Below the pieces are notes generated by a model. That model did not search any database and had not been told where the DNA came from. It worked only from the letters and a program-made list of their open reading frames with translations. The translations under genes were made by a program, and so were the position numbers. From the NCBI RefSeq assembly GCF_055900595.2, contig NZ_CM148325.1: a stretch of 64,000 nucleotides of DNA. One strand, written 5' to 3'. Below, in pieces: positions 10,828 to 23,299 of this stretch (the first letter of the stretch is position 1; every line of letters starts with the position of its first letter).

Positions 10828-12888
10828 ATGAGCAAGGCAGGCAAAATAACCGCTGCGATTTCAGGGACTTTCTTGTTGTTGATTGTCGTGGCGATCATTT
10901 TGATTGCAACATTTGACTGGAATCGACTCAAACCGACCATCAACCAGAAAGTCTCTGCGGAGTTGAATCGTCCATTCGCTATCCGTGGCGATCTGGGCGT
11001 GGTGTGGGAGCGGCAAAAACAAGAAACCGGCTGGCGCAGCTGGGTGCCGTGGCCTCATGTGCATGCAGAAGACATCATTCTTGGCAATCCGCCGGATATT
11101 CCCGAAGTCACAATGGTGCATTTGCCACGCGTAGAGGCAACACTGGCCCCGCTGGCGTTGCTGACCAAAACGGTCTGGCTGCCGTGGATAAAACTGGAGA
11201 AGCCCGACGCGCGTCTGATTCGTCTCTCTGAAAAGAACAATAACTGGACCTTTAATCTCGCCAATGATGACAACAAAGACATGAATGCAAAGCCGTCGGC
11301 GTGGTCGTTTCGACTGGATAATATTCTGTTCGATCAAGGGCGGATCGCTATTGATGACAAAGTAAGCAAAGCGGATCTGGAAATTTTTGTCGATCCGTTA
11401 GGCAAGCCGCTGCCGTTCAGTGAAGTTACCGGATCGAAAGGTAAAGCGGACAAAGAAAAGGTGGGCGATTACGTTTTTGGTCTGAAGGCGCAGGGACGTT
11501 ATAACGGTGAACCGCTCACGGGCAAAGGTAAAATCGGCGGTATGCTGGCACTACGCGGCGAAGGTACACCGTTTCCGGTACAGGCTGATTTCCGCTCCGG
11601 GAATACTCGCGTCGCTTTTGATGGCGTCGTGAATGACCCAATGAAGATGGGCGGTGTCGATTTACGGCTTAAATTTTCTGGCGATTCGCTGGGTGATCTC
11701 TATGAACTGACGGGCGTTCTGCTGCCCGATACCCCGCCGTTTGAAACCGATGGTCGGCTGGTCGCGAAAATCGACACTGAAAAATCGTCGGTATTTGATT
11801 ATCGAGGCTTTAATGGGCGCATTGGCGATAGTGATATCCACGGTTCTCTGATCTACACCACCGGCAAGCCACGGCCAAAACTGGAAGGTGATGTCGAATC
11901 GCGGCAATTGCGGCTGGCAGATTTAGGGCCATTGATTGGCGTTGATTCTGGAAAAGGTGCAGAAAAGTCGAAACGGTCTGAGCAGAAGAAAGGCGAAAAA
12001 AGCGTTCAGCCTGCGGGCAAAGTGCTGCCTTATGACCGCTTCGAAACCGAAAAATGGGACGTCATGGATGCCGATGTCCGCTTCAAAGGTCGGCGCATTG
12101 AACATTGTAGTAGCTTGCCGATTAGCGATCTTTCTACTCATATCATCCTCAAAAATGCTGACCTGCGCCTGCAACCGCTGAAATTTGGCATGGCAGGCGG
12201 CAGCATTGCGGCGAATATTCATCTGGAAGGTGATAAAAAACCGATGCAGGGGCGGGCAGATATTCAGGCTCGTCGGCTGAAACTGAAAGAACTGATGCCG
12301 GATGTGGAGCTGATGCAGAAGACGCTGGGGGAAATGAACGGTGACGCGGAACTACGCGGTAGCGGTAACTCGGTGGCGGCGCTTTTAGGCAACAGTAACG
12401 GCAACCTGAAACTGTTGATGAATGACGGGCTGGTGAGCCGCAACCTGATGGAGATTGTCGGCCTGAATGTTGGTAACTACATTGTCGGTGCGATATTTGG
12501 TGACGATGAGGTGCGGGTGAACTGCGCGGCAGCGAATCTGGATATTGCCAACGGTGTGGCGCGTCCGCAGATTTTTGCTTTTGATACTGAGAATGCGTTG
12601 ATCAATGTTACCGGCACGGCAAGTTTTGCTTCGGAACAGCTGGATTTAACTATCGATCCAGAAAGTAAAGGGATTCGGATTATCACACTGCGTTCGCCGC
12701 TGTATGTGCGTGGGACATTTAAAAATCCGCAGGCTGGGGTAAAAGCCGGACCGTTGATTGCTCGCGGAGCCGTCGCGGCGGCACTGGCAACGCTGGTAAC
12801 ACCGGCGGCGGCGTTACTGGCGCTGATCTCTCCTTCCGAAGGGGAGGCTAATCAGTGTCGGACGATTTTGTCGCAGATGAAGAAGTGA
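10828..12888 (+). CDS. yhjG: AsmA-family inner-membrane-anchored protein YhjG, about 686 aa
   Basis: Translation recognised as YhjG (N-terminal TM anchor, long periplasmic AsmA-like region). Start is ambiguous among ATGs at 10813, 10825 and 10828; 10828 has a GAGGA Shine-Dalgarno at good spacing. Confidence 0.88.
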   Translation: MSKAGKITAAISGTFLLLIVVAIILIATFDWNRLKPTINQKVSAELNRPFAIRGDLGVVWERQKQETGWRSWVPWPHVHAEDIILGNPPDIPEVTMVHLPRVEATLAPLALLTKTVWLPWIKLEKPDARLIRLSEKNNNWTFNLANDDNKDMNAKPSAWSFRLDNILFDQGRIAIDDKVSKADLEIFVDPLGKPLPFSEVTGSKGKADKEKVGDYVFGLKAQGRYNGEPLTGKGKIGGMLALRGEGTPFPVQADFRSGNTRVAFDGVVNDPMKMGGVDLRLKFSGDSLGDLYELTGVLLPDTPPFETDGRLVAKIDTEKSSVFDYRGFNGRIGDSDIHGSLIYTTGKPRPKLEGDVESRQLRLADLGPLIGVDSGKGAEKSKRSEQKKGEKSVQPAGKVLPYDRFETEKWDVMDADVRFKGRRIEHCSSLPISDLSTHIILKNADLRLQPLKFGMAGGSIAANIHLEGDKKPMQGRADIQARRLKLKELMPDVELMQKTLGEMNGDAELRGSGNSVAALLGNSNGNLKLLMNDGLVSRNLMEIVGLNVGNYIVGAIFGDDEVRVNCAAANLDIANGVARPQIFAFDTENALINVTGTASFASEQLDLTIDPESKGIRIITLRSPLYVRGTFKNPQAGVKAGPLIARGAVAAALATLVTPAAALLALISPSEGEANQCRTILSQMKK

Positions 12889-12896
12889 TGGAAACT

Positions 12897-12993
12897 GCCG
12901 GATGCGGCGTGAACGCCTTATCCGGCCTACAAATCCTTGCGAATTCAATATATTTTATGGAAATTCAGGCCTGATAAGCGTAGCGCATCAGGC
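12897..12993. repeat. REP (repetitive extragenic palindromic) elements, two units
   Basis: GCCGGATGCGGCGTGAACGCCTTATCCGGCCTAC and AGGCCTGATAAGCGTAGCGCATCAGGC, the canonical E. coli REP sequences, between convergent yhjG and yhjE. Confidence 0.8.
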
Positions 12994-13005
12994 TTTTCAC
13001 TCTTA

Positions 13006-14328
13006 TTACAACGATTGATGTCGCGTCTCATGGGTCAGCAGCAGGGCGATTAAGGTCAAGCCAGCCATCGCCGCCAGATATAACCCCACCGCACCTAACC
13101 CGTAGTTAGTCTGCAACCAGGCTGCGATATATGGTGCAACGGAAGCCCCGAGAATCGACGCTACGTTGTAAGAGAACGATGCTCCGGTGTAACGCACTTC
13201 TGTCGGGAACAGCTCTGGTAACAGCGCGCCCATCGGCCCGAAGGTCAGTCCCATCAGACTTAACCCCAGCAGCAGGAAGGCAAAAACCAGAATCGGGTTG
13301 CCAGAACCGAGCAGCGGGTTAAAGGCGAACAGCGCGAACAGGATGATCAGCGTGGTGATGATTACCATGCTTTTACGGCGACCAAAGGCATCAGCCAGTA
13401 ATCCGGCGACTGGCACCATCACGCCAAAACCAATCACTGCCATCATCAGCATCCACAATACTTCGTTACGCGGCAGGCCAAGCCCAACTGGCGCGGCGGC
13501 GGTACTAAAGGTCATTGAGTAGACCGTCATGATGTAAAACAGCGTATAGGTTGCCAGCATAATGAACGTACCCAGTACGGTTACGCGAACATGTTTGGTC
13601 AGCAGCGTACCCAGCGGGATCTTCACCTGTTTTTTCGCTTTAGCGACTTTCTCAAACACCGGTGACTCATGCAGCGACACGCGAACATACAGGCCGATAA
13701 TGACCAGCACCGCCGAGAAGATAAACGGCACCCGCCAGCCCCAGCTCATAAACTGCTCGTCGGTCAGTAGCCAGGAAAGCAGTAAGAAAGTGCCGTTGGC
13801 AAAGAAGAAGCCAATCGGTGCGCCCAGTTGCGGGAAGGAGCCATACAGTGCACGTTTGCGCGGTGGTGCGTTCTCGGTTGCCAGCAGCGCCGCTCCGCCC
13901 CATTCGCCGCCTAAGCCCAGACCCTGACCAAATCGAGCCAGTGCCAGCAGCAGCGGGGCGAAAATACCAATCGTGGCGTAACCTGGCAGCAGACCAATCA
14001 CCACGGTCGAAATCCCCATCGTTAGCAACGAGGCGACCAGCGTCGCTTTACGCCCAACGCGATCGCCAAAATGACCAAAGACGGCAGAGCCAATAGGGCG
14101 CGCGACGAAGGCGATGGCGAAGGTGGCAAGCGACTGTAGCGTTGCTGCCGTAGGATCGCCCTGCGGGAAGAAGATATGCGGAAACACAATAACGGCCGCA
14201 GTGGCGTAAATATAAAAGTCGAAGAACTCAATGGCCGTGCCAATGAGAGAGGCGACAAGGACTTTATTACGCGAGTTGATCGGCGTGTATTCTTGCTCGT
14301 GGTCGAGTGTTGTGGCTGTTGCTTGCAT
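13006..14328 (-). CDS. yhjE: MFS-family transporter YhjE, 440 aa
   Basis: Translation recognised as YhjE; 12-TM major facilitator architecture. Confidence 0.93.
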   Translation of the reverse strand: MQATATTLDHEQEYTPINSRNKVLVASLIGTAIEFFDFYIYATAAVIVFPHIFFPQGDPTAATLQSLATFAIAFVARPIGSAVFGHFGDRVGRKATLVASLLTMGISTVVIGLLPGYATIGIFAPLLLALARFGQGLGLGGEWGGAALLATENAPPRKRALYGSFPQLGAPIGFFFANGTFLLLSWLLTDEQFMSWGWRVPFIFSAVLVIIGLYVRVSLHESPVFEKVAKAKKQVKIPLGTLLTKHVRVTVLGTFIMLATYTLFYIMTVYSMTFSTAAAPVGLGLPRNEVLWMLMMAVIGFGVMVPVAGLLADAFGRRKSMVIITTLIILFALFAFNPLLGSGNPILVFAFLLLGLSLMGLTFGPMGALLPELFPTEVRYTGASFSYNVASILGASVAPYIAAWLQTNYGLGAVGLYLAAMAGLTLIALLLTHETRHQSL

Positions 14329-14638
14329 AATCTTTTCTTATTTTTTGGCTAACGAATAGCCATATTACGCACAGCAAAAGTGATATTTCAATGTGTAACA
14401 AATCGCGGAGTTGGTCGAAAATCAGCCAAAAAGGGAATAATGTTTAAGCTGGTGATTTTTCTTCTATGAAATGCTTCACATAATTTCATAAATGGTGGAT
14501 AAAACTGGTTTTAGGTTAAATAAAAGTTACCAACTGGATTTATATGCTGGAGTAATGAGTTGGAATGAAATTGTTTGCTCCTAAGAGATGACAGAAAAGG
14601 CTCTGGGGAAGAGTTTAAGTGGTTATGTGCGCATGATA

Positions 14639-14730
14639 GCCGGATGCGATGCTGGCGCATTTTATCCGGCCTACGGGGAGCCAGGCCGAATAAATTCGTA
14701 GGCCGGATAAGGCGTTACGCTGCATCCGGC
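14639..14730. repeat. REP elements, two inverted units
   Basis: GCCGGATGCGATGCTGGCGCATTTTATCCGGCCTAC and GTAGGCCGGATAAGGCGTTACGCTGCATCCGGC immediately downstream of yhjD. Confidence 0.8.
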
Positions 14731-14735
14731 ATATT

Positions 14736-15749
14736 TTAAGACTGCGTTTTCCCCGGCATTCTCGGGTCGTCTTTGTATTCGGCGGTGGCAATCCACGCCG
14801 CGCAAAACAGCGTCAGACGAGCGAAGAAGTAGAAAAACGCCATCAGTCCCAGCACGGAGCCAAATGCTGCGCCAGACGGAGATTTCATCAGCGATGGCAG
14901 TGTGTAGGTCATCACGATTTTAATCACTTCAAAACCTATAGCAGCAAGAAATGTTCCGCGAATTAGCGCTTTTTTGCGCGGACGGTGGCGCGGCAATCGC
15001 CAAAAGATCCAGAAGAAAAGCAGATAGTTGGCGAAGATGGAAATCGCAAGACCAATCAACCGCCACGTTGGTTTCAGCCACTCAATGCTGTTCAGGTGCA
15101 GGGCGCTAATAATCATTTGCTGCGCCGAACCGGCAACCGAGGTGATCGAAAGCGTCACAATGAGCGCAATCAACAAACCTATCAGCGAAATAAAATCACG
15201 CAGATATTTAACCCAAAATTTTTCCTGATCCTGTGGCGAACGTTCCCAGACATCGCGCGATTGAGCGCGAATCGCTTCACGCAGGTTACCCATCCAGTTG
15301 ATGCCGGAATAAAGCGCCACCGCCAGGCCGACAAGCCCTACCGTCGTACGCTGTTGAACGGCGGTATTGATGGTGTTTTTCAATGTAGCTGCCAGCGTCG
15401 GATCGCTAATATTTTGCAGAATTTTGTCGAAGATATCCTGCAGCAGCATCGGATGGGAGGCCAGAACGAAACCAGCGGCGGCAAACGACACCATCAAAAT
15501 CGGAATCATCGACAAAAATGAGAAATAGGTGATAGCCGCACCAAACTGATTCCCCAGCCGATCGTTAAAGCGTTCAGTCGCGCGAATCAGGTGCGCAATA
15601 ATCGGTTGGCGTTGGACTTTTTCGGCAGTAGTGGTGACGGTTTCCAGCGCCTGGCTAACTTTGCCGCCTTTCTCGCTATTATCCAGCGGTTTAATCGGCT
15701 CGAGCTCCAGATCCTGGGTGGGACGTTTAATCTCGTTTTCCTGCGTCAT
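14736..15749 (-). CDS. yhjD: Inner membrane protein YhjD (YihY/virulence-factor BrkB family), 337 aa
   Basis: Translation recognised as YhjD. Confidence 0.93.
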   Translation of the reverse strand: MTQENEIKRPTQDLELEPIKPLDNSEKGGKVSQALETVTTTAEKVQRQPIIAHLIRATERFNDRLGNQFGAAITYFSFLSMIPILMVSFAAAGFVLASHPMLLQDIFDKILQNISDPTLAATLKNTINTAVQQRTTVGLVGLAVALYSGINWMGNLREAIRAQSRDVWERSPQDQEKFWVKYLRDFISLIGLLIALIVTLSITSVAGSAQQMIISALHLNSIEWLKPTWRLIGLAISIFANYLLFFWIFWRLPRHRPRKKALIRGTFLAAIGFEVIKIVMTYTLPSLMKSPSGAAFGSVLGLMAFFYFFARLTLFCAAWIATAEYKDDPRMPGKTQS

Positions 15750-15797
15750 CCGCTCTTTTATCCTTCTGTCTTGATCATTCTTAAAAAGTATAGTCGG

Positions 15798-16697
15798 TCA
15801 GTCCAGGTACTCTTTCATTACGCCAGCCAGCCACTGCATAAACAGGTTTACACGCCGGGAAAGCTCCCGACGCTGCGGATAAACCAGCGAAAGGGAGAGC
15901 GGCTCGGCACGGTAGCCAGGTAATACTTCAATAAGCCGCCCGGCACGCAGGGCTTCGCGCACGGCAATGCGCGGGATCTGAATAATCCCCAGACCGGCAA
16001 GACCGGCGGCGAGATAGTTTTCGCTACTGTTTACCGTCAACATGCCGCCAGACTTAAACCACTGGACACCATTAACGCTGGCAACCTCAAAACCTAACGG
16101 ATGTACACCCAGGTGCGGTGTGTAACGCACTATTGCGTGTGAAGTCAGATCATCGGGGCTTTGCGGATAACCAAAGCGCGTCAGATAGTGCGGACTGGCA
16201 CAGTTGACCATGGTCAGTTTGCCGAGGGGACAGGCGATAACACCATCTTCCGATAACGCGCCAGTGCGTATCACGCAATCAAAACCATCATGAAGAATAT
16301 CTACCGGACGGTCATGGCTACTCAGTTCCAGCTCAATTCCCGGATGCTGATAGAGAAATTCCGACAGGCGCGGCAGTAACAGGCTTTTCGCGATTCCTGG
16401 TGGGATGTCGATGCGTAATTTACCGCTGATACTGGTGGCATCCTGTTGAAACAGACCGTCCAGTTCGTTGAGATTACTCAACACATCTTTTGCCCGTTGA
16501 TAATAGGTCATGCCTTCTGGCGTGAGTTTGACCCGTCGCGTGGTGCGCTGGAGAAGCTGGGTGCCAAGTTGATGTTCCAGTGCCTGTATCTGGCGCGAAA
16601 CACTTCCCTTTGGCAAAGCAAAGAAATCCGCCGCGCGGGAAAAACTTTCCAGCTCCGCGACTTTGATGAACAACTGCATTGCGTGAATTTTATCCAT
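15798..16697 (-). CDS. yhjC: LysR-family transcriptional regulator YhjC, 299 aa
   Basis: N-terminal HTH (FSRAADFFALPKGSVSRQIQALE) typical of LysR-type regulators; matches YhjC. Confidence 0.93.
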   Translation of the reverse strand: MDKIHAMQLFIKVAELESFSRAADFFALPKGSVSRQIQALEHQLGTQLLQRTTRRVKLTPEGMTYYQRAKDVLSNLNELDGLFQQDATSISGKLRIDIPPGIAKSLLLPRLSEFLYQHPGIELELSSHDRPVDILHDGFDCVIRTGALSEDGVIACPLGKLTMVNCASPHYLTRFGYPQSPDDLTSHAIVRYTPHLGVHPLGFEVASVNGVQWFKSGGMLTVNSSENYLAAGLAGLGIIQIPRIAVREALRAGRLIEVLPGYRAEPLSLSLVYPQRRELSRRVNLFMQWLAGVMKEYLD

Positions 16698-17215
16698 TTC
16701 TTTGACCGATTGTTGTTCACAGCGAAACAGTAACGCGAATATCGCATTGTTTATTGTTTTTCTAACATCTAATGCCGGGTTTCACAATGTTGTCATGACG
16801 AATGTGGCGATTTCTCAGCAGGAAAAGGGGAGAATAGCTTTATGAGAACGGTGAATCCCCTTAAACAGAGTGTATTTTTCAGCGATTCCCTTTAAAGTGA
16901 ACAGAGGACGTGTTGGCTATTTGTGCTTATTTTTGTCTCATTGCCGTTTGTTATTTTTGTTTGTAGTCGCGGAATTTCATTTTTAATTGCATGCGTACTA
17001 GCCATCAATATAAGGAAATCCTCAAAATTGTTTTAAATAATGCCCTCGACATGTAATTTCAGGCGTTTAGCTGTAACTATTTATATCGGTAACTATTTTC
17101 TACGCGTCATCTCTGTAGAATGGCCACCGCCAAATGGCGAATTCTTATTTTTTCTCGCGGGTAATACCCTTCCACTACTTAAGTCTTTTTAACGTATTCA
17201 GGTGGAGATTCAGTT

Positions 17216-17818
17216 ATGCAAATAGTCATGTTTGACAGGCAGTCAATATTTATTCATGGAATGAAAATCAGTTTACAGCAACGTATTCCAGGAGTGAGTA
17301 TTCAGGGGGCCAGTCAGGCAGACGAGTTATGGCAAAAGCTGGAAAGTTACCCTGAAGCCTTAGTGATGCTCGATGGCGATCAGGATGGTGAGTTTTGCTA
17401 CTGGTTGCTGCAAAAAACCGTGGTGCAATTTCCTGAGGTTAAGGTGTTAATTACGGCGACGGATTGCAATAAACGGTGGTTACAGGAAGTTATCCATTTT
17501 AATGTGCTGGCCATTGTGCCTCGTGATTCAACCGTCGAGACATTTGCGTTGGCGGTAAATAGTGCGGCGATGGGGATGATGTTTCTGCCGGGAGACTGGC
17601 GAACGACGCCGGAAAAGGACATTAAAGATCTCAAATCGTTAAGCGCCCGCCAGCGGGAGATTTTAACCATGTTAGCGGCGGGCGAATCAAATAAAGAGAT
17701 CGGCAGGGCGCTAAATATCAGTACCGGAACGGTAAAAGCGCATCTGGAATCACTGTATCGCCGTCTGGAAGTGAAAAATCGCACCCAGGCGGCAATGATG
17801 TTAAATATCTCCTCCTGA
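17216..17818 (+). CDS. yhjB: LuxR/FixJ-family response-regulator-like protein YhjB, 200 aa
   Basis: C-terminal LuxR-type HTH (LSARQREILTMLAAGESNKEIGRALNISTGTVKAHL); matches YhjB. Confidence 0.93.
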   Translation: MQIVMFDRQSIFIHGMKISLQQRIPGVSIQGASQADELWQKLESYPEALVMLDGDQDGEFCYWLLQKTVVQFPEVKVLITATDCNKRWLQEVIHFNVLAIVPRDSTVETFALAVNSAAMGMMFLPGDWRTTPEKDIKDLKSLSARQREILTMLAAGESNKEIGRALNISTGTVKAHLESLYRRLEVKNRTQAAMMLNISS

Positions 17819-17868
17819 AGAGGATAATTTTACAGCCAGCAGGAAGTTAGCGGCTGGCTGTAAAAATA

Positions 17869-19548
<1,680 letters not shown>

Positions 19549-19801
19549 TTATCGGGCTTTTCTTTAAGGGTAGTCATTCGCTCCGCCTGGTGGGCGACAA
19601 AGCGTGCGGTGGATCACGTTTATTAACTTGTCAAAAAATATAACGCACTAATATCAATAGAATTTATAAAAATACGGATTCCGTGTTGTTTTTCATTTTC
19701 AGAACATTCAATCCTGCTCTCGCCGCAATCATGATATGCCATTCCTGCTCTGTATAATAGGCACAGACTATCTTATTGATAGTTTATATTCATGTAATTG
19801 A

Positions 19802-19815
19802 TTGATTCCTATCAA
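19802..19815. promoter_or_regulatory. FNR-binding site upstream of yhjA
   Basis: TTGATTCCTATCAA is an exact match to the FNR consensus TTGAT-N4-ATCAA, about 110 bp upstream of the yhjA ATG; yhjA is known to be FNR- and OxyR-dependent. Confidence 0.6.
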
Positions 19816-19922
19816 AAAGCGTATTTCCCTGTTTTTTATGATGGCTTTGTCTCGCAGAGACGTTTGCAGCATTCTGGAAAATTTTCTGGGTCACAATAAC
19901 TCACCACCGTGAGGGAAGAATA

Positions 19923-21320
19923 ATGAAAATGGTCTCACGTATTACCGCGATCGGCCTGGCTGGCGTCGCGATTTGCTATTTAGGGTTATCTGGTTATGTG
20001 TGGTACCACGATAATAAACGCAGTAAACAGGCCGATGTTCAGGCATCTGCTGTCAGTGAAAATAATCAGGTTTTAGGTTTTCTTCGCGAAAAAGGATGCG
20101 ACTATTGTCATACGCCTTCGGCAGAATTACCCGCCTATTATTATATTCCTGGCGCGAAACAGTTGATGGATTACGACATTAAGCTTGGATATAAATCTTT
20201 TAACCTCGAGGCCGTGCGTGCGGCTCTGTTGGCAGATAAACCCGTTTCGCAAAGCGATCTGAATAAGATTGAATGGGTGATGCAGTATGAAACTATGCCA
20301 CCAACGCGTTATACCGCGCTACACTGGGCGGGTAAGGTGAGTGATGAAGAGCGGGCGGAAATACTTGCCTGGATTGCAAAACAGCGCGCGGAATATTACG
20401 CCAGTAATGATACTGCTCCGGAGCATCGCAATGAACCGGTGCAGCCTATTCCGCAAAAACTACCTACCGATGCGCAAAAAGTGGCGTTGGGTTTTGCGCT
20501 GTATCATGATCCCCGTTTATCGGCTGATAGCACCATTTCATGTGCACATTGCCATGCGTTAAATGCGGGTGGCGTTGATGGTAGAAAAACGTCGATTGGT
20601 GTTGGTGGTGCCGTTGGGCCGATTAACGCACCAACGGTCTTTAACTCAGTATTTAACGTTGAGCAGTTCTGGGATGGTCGTGCGGCAACATTGCAGGATC
20701 AGGCGGGTGGACCGCCGTTGAACCCGATTGAAATGGCGTCGAAATCCTGGGACGAAATTATTGCTAAGCTGGAAAAAGATCCGCAGCTTAAAGCGCAGTT
20801 CCTCGAAGTCTATCCGCAAGGTTTCAGTGGCGAAAATATTACTGATGCTATTGCTGAATTTGAGAAAACATTAATTACGCCGGATTCCCCATTTGATAAA
20901 TGGTTGCGTGGAGATGAGAATGCGCTGACGGTGCAACAGAAAAAAGGCTATCAATTATTTAAAGATAATAAATGTGCAACTTGTCATGGTGGTATTATTC
21001 TCGGCGGACGTTCTTTCGAGCCGTTGGGGCTGAAAAAAGACTTTAACTTTGGTGAAATTACGGCGGCGGATATTGGTCGTATGAATGTTACTAAAGAAGA
21101 GCGTGATAAATTGCGTCAGAAAGTACCCGGTTTACGTAACGTTGCTTTAACGGCACCGTACTTCCATCGCGGTGACGTGCCGACGCTGGACGGGGCGGTA
21201 AAACTGATGCTGCGCTATCAGGTAGGCAAAGAGCTGCCGCAGGAGGATGTGGATGATATCGTAGCTTTCCTGCACAGTCTGAACGGGGTATATACGCCGT
21301 ATATGCAGGATAAACAATAA
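19923..21320 (+). CDS. yhjA: Di-haem cytochrome c peroxidase YhjA (Ccp), 465 aa
   Basis: Translation recognised as YhjA; haem-binding CxxCH motifs present (CAHCH, CATCH). Confidence 0.95.
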   Translation: MKMVSRITAIGLAGVAICYLGLSGYVWYHDNKRSKQADVQASAVSENNQVLGFLREKGCDYCHTPSAELPAYYYIPGAKQLMDYDIKLGYKSFNLEAVRAALLADKPVSQSDLNKIEWVMQYETMPPTRYTALHWAGKVSDEERAEILAWIAKQRAEYYASNDTAPEHRNEPVQPIPQKLPTDAQKVALGFALYHDPRLSADSTISCAHCHALNAGGVDGRKTSIGVGGAVGPINAPTVFNSVFNVEQFWDGRAATLQDQAGGPPLNPIEMASKSWDEIIAKLEKDPQLKAQFLEVYPQGFSGENITDAIAEFEKTLITPDSPFDKWLRGDENALTVQQKKGYQLFKDNKCATCHGGIILGGRSFEPLGLKKDFNFGEITAADIGRMNVTKEERDKLRQKVPGLRNVALTAPYFHRGDVPTLDGAVKLMLRYQVGKELPQEDVDDIVAFLHSLNGVYTPYMQDKQ

Positions 21321-21330
21321 TTAATTTGAT

Positions 21331-21363
21331 CGCCCAAACAGGAATGTTTGGGCGATTTTTATT
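21331..21363 (+). terminator. Rho-independent terminator of yhjA
   Basis: CGCCCAAACA-GGAA-TGTTTGGGCG hairpin followed by ATTTTTATT. Confidence 0.8.
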
Positions 21364-21431
21364 ACGACAATAAAGTCTGTTTTTAATATTATCATGTTAA
21401 ATGTTTATATTATAAAAAGTCGTTTTTCTGC

Positions 21432-21451
21432 TTAGGATTTTGTTATTTAAA
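21432..21451 (+). promoter_or_regulatory. GAD box (GadE/GadX/GadW binding element) upstream of gadA
   Basis: TTAGGATTTTGTTATTTAAA is the 20-bp GAD box as I recall it, about 80 bp upstream of the gadA ATG. Confidence 0.8.
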
Positions 21452-21530
21452 TTAAGCCTGTAATGCCTTGCTTCCATTGCGGATAAATCCTACTTTTTTA
21501 TTGCCTTCAAATAAATTTAAGGAGTTCGAA

Positions 21531-22931
21531 ATGGACCAGAAGCTGTTAACGGATTTCCGCTCAGAACTACTCGATTCACGTTTTGGCGCAAAGGCCATTT
21601 CTACTATCGCGGAGTCAAAACGATTTCCGCTGCACGAAATGCGTGATGATGTCGCATTCCAGATTATCAATGATGAATTATATCTTGATGGCAACGCTCG
21701 TCAGAACCTGGCCACTTTCTGCCAGACCTGGGACGACGAAAACGTCCATAAATTGATGGATTTGTCGATCAACAAAAACTGGATCGACAAAGAAGAATAT
21801 CCGCAATCTGCAGCTATCGACCTGCGTTGCGTAAACATGGTTGCTGACCTGTGGCATGCGCCTGCGCCAAAAAACGGTCAGGCCGTTGGCACCAACACCA
21901 TTGGCTCTTCCGAGGCCTGTATGCTCGGCGGGATGGCGATGAAATGGCGTTGGCGCAAGCGTATGGAAGCCGCAGGCAAGCCAACGGATAAACCTAATCT
22001 GGTGTGCGGCCCGGTACAAATCTGCTGGCATAAATTCGCCCGTTACTGGGATGTGGAGCTGCGTGAAATCCCTATGCGCCCCGGTCAGTTGTTTATGGAT
22101 CCGAAACGCATGATTGAAGCCTGCGACGAAAACACCATCGGCGTGGTGCCGACTTTCGGCGTGACCTACACCGGTAACTATGAATTCCCGCAACCGCTGC
22201 ATGATGCACTGGATAAATTCCAGGCCGACACCGGTATCGACATCGACATGCACATCGACGCCGCCAGCGGTGGCTTCCTGGCACCGTTCGTTGCCCCGGA
22301 TATCGTCTGGGACTTCCGCCTGCCACGTGTGAAATCGATCAGTGCTTCAGGCCACAAATTCGGTCTGGCTCCGCTGGGCTGCGGCTGGGTTATCTGGCGT
22401 GACGAAGAAGCGCTGCCGCAGGAACTGGTATTCAACGTTGACTACCTCGGTGGTCAGATTGGCACTTTCGCCATCAACTTCTCCCGTCCGGCGGGCCAGG
22501 TAATTGCACAGTACTACGAGTTCTTGCGCCTCGGTCGTGAAGGCTATACCAAAGTACAGAACGCTTCCTACCAGGTAGCTGCCTATCTGGCAGATGAAAT
22601 CGCCAAACTGGGGCCGTATGAGTTCATCTGTACGGGTCGCCCGGACGAAGGCATCCCGGCGGTTTGCTTCAAACTGAAAGATGGTGAAGATCCGGGATAC
22701 ACCCTGTATGACCTCTCTGAACGTCTGCGTCTGCGCGGCTGGCAGGTTCCGGCTTTCACTCTCGGCGGTGAAGCCACCGACATCGTGGTGATGCGCATTA
22801 TGTGCCGTCGTGGCTTCGAAATGGACTTTGCTGAACTGTTACTGGAAGACTACAAAGCCTCCCTGAAATACCTCAGCGATCACCCGAAACTGCAGGGTAT
22901 AGCCCAGCAGAACAGCTTTAAACACACCTGA
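21531..22931 (+). CDS. gadA: Glutamate decarboxylase alpha (GadA), PLP-dependent, 466 aa
   Basis: Translation from [44 protein letters not shown] recognised as GadA/GadB; assigned gadA by position next to gadX. AGGAG Shine-Dalgarno precedes the ATG; the six-frame ORF starts 21 codons upstream. Confidence 0.93.
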   Translation: MDQKLLTDFRSELLDSRFGAKAISTIAESKRFPLHEMRDDVAFQIINDELYLDGNARQNLATFCQTWDDENVHKLMDLSINKNWIDKEEYPQSAAIDLRCVNMVADLWHAPAPKNGQAVGTNTIGSSEACMLGGMAMKWRWRKRMEAAGKPTDKPNLVCGPVQICWHKFARYWDVELREIPMRPGQLFMDPKRMIEACDENTIGVVPTFGVTYTGNYEFPQPLHDALDKFQADTGIDIDMHIDAASGGFLAPFVAPDIVWDFRLPRVKSISASGHKFGLAPLGCGWVIWRDEEALPQELVFNVDYLGGQIGTFAINFSRPAGQVIAQYYEFLRLGREGYTKVQNASYQVAAYLADEIAKLGPYEFICTGRPDEGIPAVCFKLKDGEDPGYTLYDLSERLRLRGWQVPAFTLGGEATDIVVMRIMCRRGFEMDFAELLLEDYKASLKYLSDHPKLQGIAQQNSFKHT

Positions 22932-22950
22932 TAACATAATTTTGTAAAAA

Positions 22951-22989
22951 CCGAATGCCCCGACCTTAAAAAACAGGTGGGGCATTCGG
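22951..22989 (+). terminator. Hairpin downstream of gadA (weak terminator, consistent with gadA-gadX read-through)
   Basis: CCGAATGCCCC...GGGGCATTCGG inverted repeat with a poor T-tract (TTACTT). Confidence 0.5.
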
Positions 22990-23299
22990 TTACTTATTAA
23001 TGCAATAATATATTGGCTGTTTATTCATCGTGTTGATAAGATATATGTTATATGAATGTTATTAAGGGTGGCGAGACCGTTTAATATCACAATAAGGGAT
23101 TATTTGCTTACTAATAATTTCCCTGCGTTTTTAACGCCTTTTTTTGTATTATAAATCCAGTTATCCAGCCCGACTATCATCACACATCATCATCCTGTTT
23201 TCCCGCTTCGTTTAAATTTATTTATCAATCAATTTGACTTAAGAGGGCGGCGTGCTACATTAATAAACAGTAATATGTTTATGTAATATTAAGCCGACT

